Source of the DNA: Candidatus Omnitrophota bacterium
Lineage (GTDB): Bacteria > Omnitrophota > Gorgyraeia > Zapsychrales > Zapsychraceae
DNA: 64,000 bases
Assembly: GCA_035292445.1 (NCBI GenBank)
Contig: DATDQB010000020.1
Coordinates: forward strand, 155,484-219,483
Reading direction: 5' to 3'
A model generated the notes under the pieces. The model was not told the origin of the DNA, ran no database searches, and worked only from the letters and a program-made list of their open reading frames with translations. Position numbers and translations under genes: made by a program. This document shows positions 27,845 to 36,428 of this stretch, piece by piece (position 1 is the stretch's first letter; the number at the start of each line of letters is the position of its first letter).

Positions 27845-28636
27845 TTACTTCTTTTCCATCCCGAAAATCTCTTTAAAAAAACCCTTCATCGCTTTCCAGG
27901 ATCGCTTGTCAGCCGTCGCATCATAAGCGTTCCCGCTGGCTTTGTCATTCCCGGCGGCTTCTTTAGTAAAGGAATGTACTGCGCCGCTATAATGGACCAT
28001 CTGCCAATCGGCCTTGGCATCGTTCATCTCTTTCATGAACGCGGCGATTTCTTCCGGCGGGACGTGCGGGTCATCGGCACCGTGCAAAACAAGCACTTTG
28101 GCGTTGATGGAATCCGTACCGGCCACTTCCCCTTTACCGAGCCCGCCGTGAAAGCTCACTACACCCGTCACATCGGCGCCGCTGCGGGCCAGTTCCAACA
28201 CCGTTGTTCCGCCGAAACAATAACCGATCGCGCCTGTCTTGGCCGCATCGACCATCGGATGTTTCTTTAATTCATTGAGCGCCGCAATAACGCGTTGGCG
28301 CAAAAGCGTCCGGTCGCCCTTAAATTTTCCGGCCTGCGCGCCGGCCTCAGCCGCGTCTTTGGGCCGCACGCCTTTGCCGTAAATATCCGCGGCAAAAGCG
28401 ACATATCCGAGTTCCGCCAGCATATCAGCCCTCATATTGCCGTACTCGCCAAAGCCCATCCAGTCATGAATGACAATGACGCCGGGGCGTTTGCCTTCGG
28501 TCGCGTTATCGTAAACAACATAACCCTCAAGCGCCGTATCGCCGTCTTTGTATTCGACAAGCTCTTTCACCAATTCCGCTTTGCTGGCCGAAACAAAAAG
28601 GAATAAAAACATCAATAACATCCATATCTTTTTCAT
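27845..28636 (-). CDS. Dienelactone-hydrolase-family alpha/beta hydrolase, secreted.
   Basis: Signal peptide. DLH-like pattern GVIVIHDWMG ... GYCFGG ... HGADDPH. Confidence 0.7.
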   Translation of the reverse strand: MKKIWMLLMFLFLFVSASKAELVKELVEYKDGDTALEGYVVYDNATEGKRPGVIVIHDWMGFGEYGNMRADMLAELGYVAFAADIYGKGVRPKDAAEAGAQAGKFKGDRTLLRQRVIAALNELKKHPMVDAAKTGAIGYCFGGTTVLELARSGADVTGVVSFHGGLGKGEVAGTDSINAKVLVLHGADDPHVPPEEIAAFMKEMNDAKADWQMVHYSGAVHSFTKEAAGNDKASGNAYDATADKRSWKAMKGFFKEIFGMEKK

Positions 28637-28643
28637 GTTCTCC

Positions 28644-28937
28644 TCACAAGGCCTCGGACTCATCGTCCGTTTTCACCAAGTTAGCGTAGACTTTAAGCCG
28701 TTCAAGAAAACGGTTATATGAACCGCTTGCACGATGGGGGATGATATTTTCAGAGGCGGTACTGACTGCGCCTAGGAGCTCTTTGAGGTCCTCGGCGTCA
28801 AACTCAATACGGTATTTTTTCTCTTCCAGGTAGGCATGCTCAAGGTTACTTAAAAGAAAAGGCTCCAAAAAAATGACCCTCTTGAGGAAATCGATCTCCT
28901 GCTTCGACACCAAAAAGGAAATTTTCTGCAGCTTCAT
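28644..28937 (-). CDS. Hypothetical 97-aa protein downstream of the receiver genes.
   Basis: ORF on the same strand as the flanking genes, with tight spacing. Confidence 0.4.
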   Translation of the reverse strand: MKLQKISFLVSKQEIDFLKRVIFLEPFLLSNLEHAYLEEKKYRIEFDAEDLKELLGAVSTASENIIPHRASGSYNRFLERLKVYANLVKTDDESEAL

Positions 28938-28952
28938 AAACCTTTCCTCCCT

Positions 28953-29333
28953 TTATTTTCCAGCCAGCGCTTTTTGGACGGCTTTTTTGATGTAACCTTC
29001 GCGAAAGGGTTTATAGAGAAAGTACAACCGGCCGCCGGCGGCGACAAAGTCCATTTGCCGCTCGATAATATGCTTATCGTACGTGCCTGTGAAACAAACG
29101 ATCTCGGTATCGGGGCTGAGCTCTTTGATCTTCTGGCAGGTTTCGGCGCCGTTCATCCCCGGCATCACCAGATCCACGAATATCAAGTCATAGGTCATTT
29201 TCCTGATCTTCTCGAGAGCCGCCTCCCCGGAGGTGACGCTTTCGACCTCATAGCCGTCTTCTTCCAGCTCCTTGATCAGCGCAATGCCGACCAATTTCTC
29301 ATCATCGACAATAAGGATCTTTTTAGCTGACAT
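28953..29333 (-). CDS. Single-domain response regulator (CheY-like receiver).
   Basis: KILIVDDE ... D54-equivalent in IFVDLVMPGMNG ... conserved T/K. Confidence 0.8.
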   Translation of the reverse strand: MSAKKILIVDDEKLVGIALIKELEEDGYEVESVTSGEAALEKIRKMTYDLIFVDLVMPGMNGAETCQKIKELSPDTEIVCFTGTYDKHIIERQMDFVAAGGRLYFLYKPFREGYIKKAVQKALAGK

Positions 29334-29742
29334 GGCTCGGCCCCCTGGCAAGATTTTTCTTGTAATTGATTTCTTTCATCAAATTCTCCGTGACCTTAAT
29401 GAGGACGCCTTCGCCCAAGGGTTTACGCAGCATCTCATCACGCCCGCCGGCGGCCGTGAAGGCCTCATGCTGCGCTTCGACCTCATAAGGATTGCCGGAA
29501 AATAAAACTACCTCAGTTTCCGGAAAAAGCCGTTTGATCTGGTGGCACAATTGCGTGCCGTTGATCTCCGGCATGATGAGATCGGTATAAACGATATCAA
29601 ACCGCTCTTTCAATAGCCGCGCGATCGCTTCTTTCGCGCTCAACGCGGACCTGGCATCGTAACCGGCCTGTTCCAATTCAATGCGAAAGGCCGTTAAGAC
29701 GATCTGTTCGTCATCGACGATTAAAATCTTACCCTTGCTCAT
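29323..29742 (-). CDS. Single-domain response regulator (CheY-like receiver).
   Basis: KILIVDDE ... VYTDLIMPEINGT. No output domain. Confidence 0.8.
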   Translation of the reverse strand: MSKGKILIVDDEQIVLTAFRIELEQAGYDARSALSAKEAIARLLKERFDIVYTDLIMPEINGTQLCHQIKRLFPETEVVLFSGNPYEVEAQHEAFTAAGGRDEMLRKPLGEGVLIKVTENLMKEINYKKNLARGPSHVS

Positions 29743-31192
29743 GCAGTGATCCCATTCTTTTGTTTAACGCCTCTGTTGTTAATGTAGGTAATCTTATGGT
29801 GAAACTCGTCCCCTTATCAACTTCGCTATCAACCGTCATTTCCCCTTTATGGCTCTCGATGATCCCGTGGGAAACCGACAGCCCCAAACCAGTTCCCTTG
29901 CCGCGGGGTTTGGTCGTGAAAAACGGATCGAATATCCTCGATAAATTCTCTTTCGGGATGCCCATACCAGTGTCGGAGAAAGTCAGAACCACGCAATGAT
30001 GCGCTTCATCATGCTGGAGCTTGATGGTCATAACACCGCCGTTGGCCATGGCATCGCGGCCATTGGTCAAAACGTTCAGGACAACCTGTTGAAGCTGGCT
30101 TTTATTGCCAAAGACCGGCGGCAAATGGACGGCATAATTCTTGACGATCTTTATATTGCCGTTGATCAGCTGGTACTGGCTGAAGCTTAAAGTGGTTTCA
30201 ATGACATCGATCAGATCGACGAAGGTCCTCTCGTCTTCGGAGGCCTTGGAGAACTGGTTTAAATCCTTGACGATCTTGGCCATGTGTTCGGAAGATATGA
30301 GCATCTCGGAAATGATCTTATGATCTTCCGAATGCGGGGAATACCGTTTTTTATATGTCCTTAACAGGCTCAAGAGCCCCGCCAAAGGGCTGTTAAGTTC
30401 GTGCGCGACGCCGGCGGCCAACAATCCCAGCGCCGAAAGCTTCTCGGCCTGCAATAATTTTACATGAAGCTCGCGCTCATTGGCCTGGGCTTTCTTGCGC
30501 TCGGCGATCTCTTCCACCAGCTCAAGGGTGCGCTCTTTAACCCTTTTTTCCAAATGATCATGTGCGCGCTTTAAGGATTCCTCCGCCTGGTTGCGTTTAT
30601 AGTGGATCAAGACCTGTGCGACCTGATCAGCTATCTCACCGGCAAAGTTGATCTCATCGGACGACCATTTCCTTGCTTTACCGACATGCTCGTGGCAAAC
30701 AACACCGACCGTTTTCCCCTTGACGCGGATCGCCGCGTTGAGGACCGACTTGACATTATTGGGGAGTAGATAGTTGCTGGCAAACCGAGCCGTGCGGTGG
30801 TCCGTCAACGCGTCATAAACGTCAATGGCACGGCCGTTCTCCAACGCATGGAAATAATTGGGGTAATCTTCCGCGTTAAAAGACATGCCGTTGGAGTGAT
30901 GGTCGGCGCTACGCTCATACAGATCAACGCAATGAAGCTCGCTTTTGTCGCTCAAAAGCCAAATACTCACCCGCTCGACAATTAAGACGTTGGCGGCAGC
31001 TTCCGTAATAACTTTTTTGGCCTCATCAAAATGGCCATTGGCGACCGCATCGTTTTTGGCGAGCTGAACAATGGTGTTTTGCTGGCTTTGAACGCGCTGG
31101 AACCATAAGAAGAGGTCTTCATCAACAATTCGGCTGGGATAACCAAGGGAAGAAAGATTGAACTGCTTCTGTTTAGATAGGATAATTTTCAT
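29729..31192 (-). CDS. Cytoplasmic sensor histidine kinase (GAF-HisKA-HATPase).
   Basis: H-box HELNSPLAGL. N, G1 and G2 boxes (LTNGRDAM, DTGMGI, GTGLGLS). No TM segments. The start was chosen at MKIIL; the ORF runs on to 31240. Confidence 0.8.
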   Translation of the reverse strand: MKIILSKQKQFNLSSLGYPSRIVDEDLFLWFQRVQSQQNTIVQLAKNDAVANGHFDEAKKVITEAAANVLIVERVSIWLLSDKSELHCVDLYERSADHHSNGMSFNAEDYPNYFHALENGRAIDVYDALTDHRTARFASNYLLPNNVKSVLNAAIRVKGKTVGVVCHEHVGKARKWSSDEINFAGEIADQVAQVLIHYKRNQAEESLKRAHDHLEKRVKERTLELVEEIAERKKAQANERELHVKLLQAEKLSALGLLAAGVAHELNSPLAGLLSLLRTYKKRYSPHSEDHKIISEMLISSEHMAKIVKDLNQFSKASEDERTFVDLIDVIETTLSFSQYQLINGNIKIVKNYAVHLPPVFGNKSQLQQVVLNVLTNGRDAMANGGVMTIKLQHDEAHHCVVLTFSDTGMGIPKENLSRIFDPFFTTKPRGKGTGLGLSVSHGIIESHKGEMTVDSEVDKGTSFTIRLPTLTTEALNKRMGSLHEQG

Positions 31193-31306
31193 GATCTTGT
31201 ATATCTGATTGGAAAATAATAGTTTATAGCTTATCAGCAAGCCATTTTCCTGTCAATACCCGTAAGGCTCCCCACCGCCAGGAAGAAAGCGGGAAAATTT
31301 TATGTT

Positions 31307-31915
31307 TTACATCCTAACCGGGATCGTTTCTTGGAACCAACTGATGAATAATCGGAGCAACTCTTGCGGAAAACTGCGGAAAAGATACTCGGCATGCGTG
31401 CCGTTCTCAAAAGAATAAATTTTTTTAACGCCTTTTTTCTTTTCAAACAGGGCTTGGGAATGCCATGGATAGATCAGCCAATCTTTTTGGCCGTGAATGA
31501 AAAAAACAGGGATCCGGACATCATTGATGGCATCAAACGGGCGGATCTTCTTAAGGAAGGGGTTCCCTAAGCGCACTCCTTTGCCGACGCGGCCTTCTTG
31601 AAAAAGGTTATACGTCACGTTCTCGGCAAAGCCCATCTTGAAAATATTAAACTCGATCTTTCTGAATTCCGTCGGGGCGCACACGGCAATCAAACTGTTG
31701 ATGGCACTACTTTGGGCGGATGCGATGATGGCCGCTGCCGCGCCCATGGAAAAGCCGATGACGCCGATCCTTGCATACCGCGCCTTGGCATAGTCCACGA
31801 CCGCCAGCATATCCAAATGCTCTTTGGCGCCGAAGGTGAACCGCCCGCCGCTTTGGCCGTGGCCGCGAAAATCCATTACCATGACATCATAATCAGCGGC
31901 CAGCGCCTGGCCCAT
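31307..31915 (-). CDS. Alpha/beta hydrolase. The conserved reading frame continues upstream to about 32107 with no ATG, GTG or TTG in it.
   Basis: Nucleophile elbow GFSMGAA and the D...H catalytic triad lie in the annotated part. The oxyanion HG motif (VIILAHGF) lies upstream of the first ATG, in the same frame, which is bounded by a stop at 32108. Confidence 0.6.
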   Translation of the reverse strand: MGQALAADYDVMVMDFRGHGQSGGRFTFGAKEHLDMLAVVDYAKARYARIGVIGFSMGAAAAIIASAQSSAINSLIAVCAPTEFRKIEFNIFKMGFAENVTYNLFQEGRVGKGVRLGNPFLKKIRPFDAINDVRIPVFFIHGQKDWLIYPWHSQALFEKKKGVKKIYSFENGTHAEYLFRSFPQELLRLFISWFQETIPVRM

Positions 31916-32177
31916 TTGCCGGAATAAAACAGCGTCTTTACTGTTGTAAAAACCATGGGCAAGGATGATGACCGTATCGCGTTTATTATCGAAATGATGA
32001 AAACTGATGGTAACACGGTCTTGGGTGGATATGGTTTGCTGAATATTTTTGTTTGTCCGGACGATGATTTTTATTATACATGAAATCTTTTCCTTATCCC
32101 TAAATATTCAACAGTTTTTCTTGCCCCTTTTACTGGTATTCTTCCCGCTTCGTTTCTTTTGCTTGCGCCCCATAAAG

Positions 32178-34385
32178 ATGTTCAGTACAATAGAGCCAGA
32201 TTTTATGATGCCGACAGACACTATCCATATTTTTACACCCGCCTCCCACCAAGATGTCCTTGCCCTCATTTTGATGATTGCCGTTTTGCTCACCACCTCC
32301 CGGTTGTTGGGGGAGCTCATGCTGCGGCTGGGGCAGCCCAGCATCATCGGGGAAATTGGCGCCGGTATCCTCCTGGGGCCTTCCATATTAGGATATTTCT
32401 TCCCCTCGATCATCGGCTATATTATTCCCGCTACCCCCACCCAAGGGTACCTTCTTGAAACCATCAGCCTCCTGGGCGCGATGTTTCTTTTGTTGATTAC
32501 CGGCTTGGAAATAGACCTGAATCTTATCAAGCATCACGCGAAAACAGCGCTGAGCGTTTCGGCTGGAGGAATTATTGTTACATTCTCAACCGGATTTATC
32601 CTCGGGCAAATGATCCCTGATGCGCTTCTGCCCAGCCCCGACCAGCGCCTGATTTTTTCTCTTTTTATGGCTACCGCCATGTCTATTTCCGCTATTCCTG
32701 TGATCGCCAAAGTTCTCATCGACCTTAATCTGATCCGCCGTGACATCGGCCAAACGATCATTGCCGCCGGCATGAGCGATGACACCTGCGGATGGATTTT
32801 ACTTTCTATCGTTACCGGATTGGCCGCCGGCCATGCCGTCTCCGCCACAACGGTACTGACATCTGTTTTTACGGTCGTTTTCTTCCTGGCGATCAGCTTT
32901 ACGATCGGCTCCGGGCTTGCCAAAAGAGCGTTGGATTTCGTGCAGGATAACATGAAAAGCCCTTATCAACTTTTGACGCTGGTTGTCGCCTTCGCCTTTG
33001 CCTGGGGCTCCTTCTCGCAGGCCCTTCATTTTGAGCCGATCCTGGGCGCGTTTATCGTAGGGATTATTTTCGGCCACCTCCCGCGGCTTCCGCGCAAGAT
33101 TCACCAGCAACTCGAGGAGATGACCTTGGGCATTTTCGCGCCCATCTTTTTTGCCGTTGCCGGATTAAAGGTCAACGTTATTGGCCTGTTGACACGGCCG
33201 GACCTATTGGCCGTCGCTTTCCTTGTCATTCTTATCGCCTCTGTCGGAAAGATCACGGGAACGTATCTTGGCGCCAGGTTTATCGGCCGGCAGGACCATT
33301 GGACAAGCCTCAGTTTCGGCGCCGCGTTGAACGCCCGTGGCGCCATGGAAATCATCATCGCCACCATCGGCCTTTCGTTGGGAATTCTAACGCAGGATAT
33401 GTTCTCTATTATCGTCCTCATGGCGATCACGACGTCTTTGATGGCGCCCTTCGCGCTGCGCTGGACATTGCGCCACGTCCATCCCAGCGAAAAAGAAGAA
33501 AAACGGATGGAAAAAGAACGCCTGGCGGAAAAAAGCCAGATCCAAAATATTCACCGCGTTTTGATCCCAATCAGAAAACGCGTCAATGACAGCAAACTGA
33601 CCACGATCCAGATCATCAAAGCCGGCCTCTTGCAAAAAATGGCCGATAAAATGGAGCTGTCCATTACGCTCTTTAGCGTCGATCTGCCGGAACACCGGGA
33701 AGCCAATTTTAAGTTCCTGCACGAGGTGGGCGCGCTTTTCCCGGGACAGGAAGTGGTGATCAAATTCGTTGAAGGTAACCCGGCGGAAGAAATCATCGAG
33801 GAATCCAAGAAAGGTTATGATCTTCTGATTATGGGCGCCTCCCAACGGCTCAGCGATGAGCAATATCTGTTCTCGGATATCATTGACTCGGTCGTCAAAT
33901 TTTCCGCATGTGCCACGCTGATTATCCACACGCCCAATATCGCCTCCGACTGGACGCCTAAACGGATTTTAGTGCCCACCAACGGTTCGGTCGCTTCCCG
34001 TCACGCCGCCGAATTATCTTTCTTATTTTCTTCTTCGCAGGACCAACAAATCGTTTTCTTACATGTCGTTGAAGCCAAATCTTATCCTTTGTCTTACAGA
34101 GAACGAGAAAGCGAACACAAGAACCAAATGGAAATCGGGAAAAAAATCATCGATGATCTAAAGGCCCTGGCCGACATGCATCATGTCAGCGCAACGACCG
34201 ATATCCAGACCCATCTCGATGCCGGAGCGGGGATCGTGCAGGCCGCCGAATCGCACAAAGTCGATCTGATCATTTTAGGAACGGACATCCGCCCCGCCTC
34301 TCACCGGCTCTTCTTCGGCCCCAGTGTTGAGCGCATCCTCAAGACCGCCTCCTGCCCCGTCCTCGTATTGAATACCGTCCAATAA
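32178..34385 (+). CDS. CPA2-family cation:proton antiporter fused to two C-terminal universal stress protein (UspA) domains.
   Basis: The membrane domain has Kef/NhaP-type motifs (GEIGAGILLGPS). The C-terminal 280 aa contain two Usp-like alpha/beta units (VLIPIR..., ILVPTNGS...). The start was chosen at MFSTIEP; the ORF track starts at 32049. Confidence 0.75.
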   Translation: MFSTIEPDFMMPTDTIHIFTPASHQDVLALILMIAVLLTTSRLLGELMLRLGQPSIIGEIGAGILLGPSILGYFFPSIIGYIIPATPTQGYLLETISLLGAMFLLLITGLEIDLNLIKHHAKTALSVSAGGIIVTFSTGFILGQMIPDALLPSPDQRLIFSLFMATAMSISAIPVIAKVLIDLNLIRRDIGQTIIAAGMSDDTCGWILLSIVTGLAAGHAVSATTVLTSVFTVVFFLAISFTIGSGLAKRALDFVQDNMKSPYQLLTLVVAFAFAWGSFSQALHFEPILGAFIVGIIFGHLPRLPRKIHQQLEEMTLGIFAPIFFAVAGLKVNVIGLLTRPDLLAVAFLVILIASVGKITGTYLGARFIGRQDHWTSLSFGAALNARGAMEIIIATIGLSLGILTQDMFSIIVLMAITTSLMAPFALRWTLRHVHPSEKEEKRMEKERLAEKSQIQNIHRVLIPIRKRVNDSKLTTIQIIKAGLLQKMADKMELSITLFSVDLPEHREANFKFLHEVGALFPGQEVVIKFVEGNPAEEIIEESKKGYDLLIMGASQRLSDEQYLFSDIIDSVVKFSACATLIIHTPNIASDWTPKRILVPTNGSVASRHAAELSFLFSSSQDQQIVFLHVVEAKSYPLSYRERESEHKNQMEIGKKIIDDLKALADMHHVSATTDIQTHLDAGAGIVQAAESHKVDLIILGTDIRPASHRLFFGPSVERILKTASCPVLVLNTVQ

Positions 34386-34386
34386 A

Positions 34387-34415
34387 AAAGGCAACCTTTT
34401 AAGGGGTTGCCTTTA
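34387..34415. terminator. Bidirectional intrinsic terminator between the antiporter gene and ssrA.
   Basis: aaaaggcaaccttttaaggggttgccttt: a stem-loop flanked by an A-run and a T-run. Confidence 0.55.
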
Positions 34416-34511
34416 ATCATGCTTGGTGGCATTTTGGTTTCCCTAAATTTATGGTAACCAAAATACCACTTAAACTCGGGTTCGCCCTATGGGCTCACCC
34501 TCGTATTTAAG

Positions 34512-34901
34512 TGGAGGTGCCGGGAATCGAACCCGGGTCCTCAAGTAACTTTCTAAAAGCCTCTACATGCTTAGACTGTTTTTAAGTTTCGTCCTGATTT
34601 TCTAAACAGACAAACGGACCAGGACCAGCCTTTAGGATCTCGCCCACATGAATAAGGCGTTCATATGAGCCAGCCTGCCAATGACCTTATTGCCCGCTCA
34701 CAGGCTAAGCAAGCATAAGGGCGCTGCGCTATTAGGCAGCGACTGTTTCGCCAGCGAAAATCGGGTTAACGATTTCGTTAGCTTGGGCTAAGATTGAATC
34801 TTCGCCGTTTAATTGGTGCTTGGGCTGATTAACGAGGCCAACCAAGCGTCCTCGGCATGCCACTGATAGTCCATCGACTCAAGTCGAGACCGATCACCCC
34901 C
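34512..34901 (-). ncRNA. ssrA: tmRNA (SsrA), one-piece, about 390 nt. The 3' CCA is not encoded.
   Basis: 5' GGGGGUGAUCGGUCUCGAC... and 3' ...GGACCCGGGUUCGAUUCCCGGCACCUCCA form the tRNA-like domain. Internal GCAUGCCGAGG and UUGGCCUCG elements are present. The tag ORF ...GCU AAC GAA AUC GUU AAC CCG AUU UUC GCU GGC GAA ACA GUC GCU GCC UAA UAG gives (A)NEIVNPIFAGETVAA followed by two stops. Confidence 0.9.
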
Positions 34902-34957
34902 ATATTTTTAAAGAACAAAAACCGTATAATTATAGAATATCTTGCGCTGAATGCAAA

Positions 34958-35620
34958 TTAATTCGCCTTCATGACCTTCTTGATCTTAAACGACTCGACT
35001 TCTAACACGCCATCTTTATTCTTGACTCTAAAGTCAACGATTAACGTTTCAGCGCTTTCGAGGTCTTTGAACGTGGCTTCGGCAAGGCTAAGGATCCCGA
35101 AATGCCTGATCTCCTTGCTTAACTCAACCAACTCCAGCCTCCTCATGATCTGTTTATCGGGATCAAAAAGCTGGAAATTCTCGGTGAATTTCGACTGCTG
35201 CGTAACGTAATCCGTCATCACCTGGCGGATCTCCTCATCGGTGTAATTCTCTTTTTTCTTAACCTTTTCTTCCGGCGCCTCGATCTTGGCGATCACCCAC
35301 TCGTTGACCACCGATTGACCGGCTTTCTTAACGATCTTGGCTTCCAACGTCACGATGCTACCGGTCGCGATATCCCGGAACTTAACCGGAACGACCGCTT
35401 CGTCGCCTTTCTGTTGAAGAAGGCCATTCTCGATCGACAGCATCCTTAGATTCAAGACCTTTCTGGTCGAATCATCGTACAGATCAAAAGTGCCGACGAG
35501 CTTTGTCCTTTTATTAAGGTCGTTCTGGATAACCTCCGTGTATGATGGGCCATCCGCAACCGCTGGATGCACCGCTAATAGTAATGCTATGAAAAACGCG
35601 TGTAACGTAATACTTCTCAT
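34958..35620 (-). CDS. Hypothetical exported protein, lying between ssrA and smpB.
   Basis: Signal peptide MRSITLHAFFIALLLAVHPAVA. No recognisable domain. Confidence 0.5.
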   Translation of the reverse strand: MRSITLHAFFIALLLAVHPAVADGPSYTEVIQNDLNKRTKLVGTFDLYDDSTRKVLNLRMLSIENGLLQQKGDEAVVPVKFRDIATGSIVTLEAKIVKKAGQSVVNEWVIAKIEAPEEKVKKKENYTDEEIRQVMTDYVTQQSKFTENFQLFDPDKQIMRRLELVELSKEIRHFGILSLAEATFKDLESAETLIVDFRVKNKDGVLEVESFKIKKVMKAN

Positions 35621-35630
35621 GATGCCCTCC

Positions 35631-36101
35631 CTAAGATCTCCTTTGACTGGCCTTTCCCTGGCGAAGCGCGCGACCAATATCCCGCTCAATACTTCTTTTC
35701 TTGATCGTTTCCCTCTTATCATGGAGCTTTTTGCCTTTGCCTAAAGCCAACTCGATCTTGACCATCCCGCGGCTGCTAAAATATATCTTGGTCGGCACCA
35801 GCGCGAACTTTCGCTGGAGCACAAAGCCCCCGATCCTTTCAATTTCCCTTTTATGCAATAGAAGCTTACGGGGCCTGTCAGGAGCGAGCAGCTGATGGCC
35901 GGCCTGAGCGTAGGGTTCAATATGAAGATTATAAAGATAAACTTCGCCTTTTTCAACCCTGGCAAAGGCGTCCTTAAAATTCACTTCTCCTGCCCGTATG
36001 GATTTGACCTCGCTGCCGTTCAAGGCAACGCCGCATTCCCATTTATCGGTAAGGAAAAAATCACGGAATGCCTTTTTATTCGTTGCGATTGATTCTGCCA
36101 T
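35631..36101 (-). CDS. smpB: SsrA-binding protein SmpB.
   Basis: Typical SmpB sequence (IATNKKA..DF....E.GV.L.G.EVKS...G...L.D....) and a basic C-terminal tail. 156 aa. Confidence 0.9.
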   Translation of the reverse strand: MAESIATNKKAFRDFFLTDKWECGVALNGSEVKSIRAGEVNFKDAFARVEKGEVYLYNLHIEPYAQAGHQLLAPDRPRKLLLHKREIERIGGFVLQRKFALVPTKIYFSSRGMVKIELALGKGKKLHDKRETIKKRSIERDIGRALRQGKASQRRS

Positions 36102-36188
36102 GACTGGTGAATTATAGCATAATCCGCCGCCAATATAAAGGCGGGATAGTCCTAACTTGCCCTGTTGATATCAGGTAAGTTGTGATAT

Positions 36189-36216
36189 TGACAGACTAAT
36201 GCACAGTAAGTATACT
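36189..36216 (+). promoter_or_regulatory. Sigma-70-type promoter for tRNA-Leu.
   Basis: TTGACA, a 17-bp spacer, then TATACT, 16 nt upstream of the tRNA 5' end. Confidence 0.55.
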
Positions 36217-36231
36217 GTGAGAAATCTACTT

Positions 36232-36313
36232 GCGGAAGTGGTGGAATTGGTAGACACGCAGGTCTCAGAAGCCTGTGCTTCACGGCATGAGAGTTCAAGT
36301 CTCTCCTTCCGCA
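36232..36313 (+). tRNA. tRNA-Leu (anticodon CAG), type II with a long variable arm.
   Basis: Acceptor GCGGAAG/CUUCCGC plus discriminator A. Anticodon stem CAGGU/GCCUG with loop CUCAGAA. T arm GAGAG-UUCAAGU-CUCUC. Confidence 0.9.
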
Positions 36314-36428
36314 TTTATCATTTCAGATAAAGGAAATTTTCTTGCAACTTCCCGCAAAGCATACTAGAATGTTGGGACAATTTTAAGAATATTAAAATAA
36401 TATTAATAATTATTAATAATACCTGCCT

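Noticed and set aside
32049-32177. N-terminal 43-aa extension of the antiporter ORF (MFVRTMIFIIHEIF...).
   Set aside because: It overlaps the upstream hydrolase frame and precedes the likely signal or first TM helix. The start is more plausible at MFSTIEP or MMPTD.
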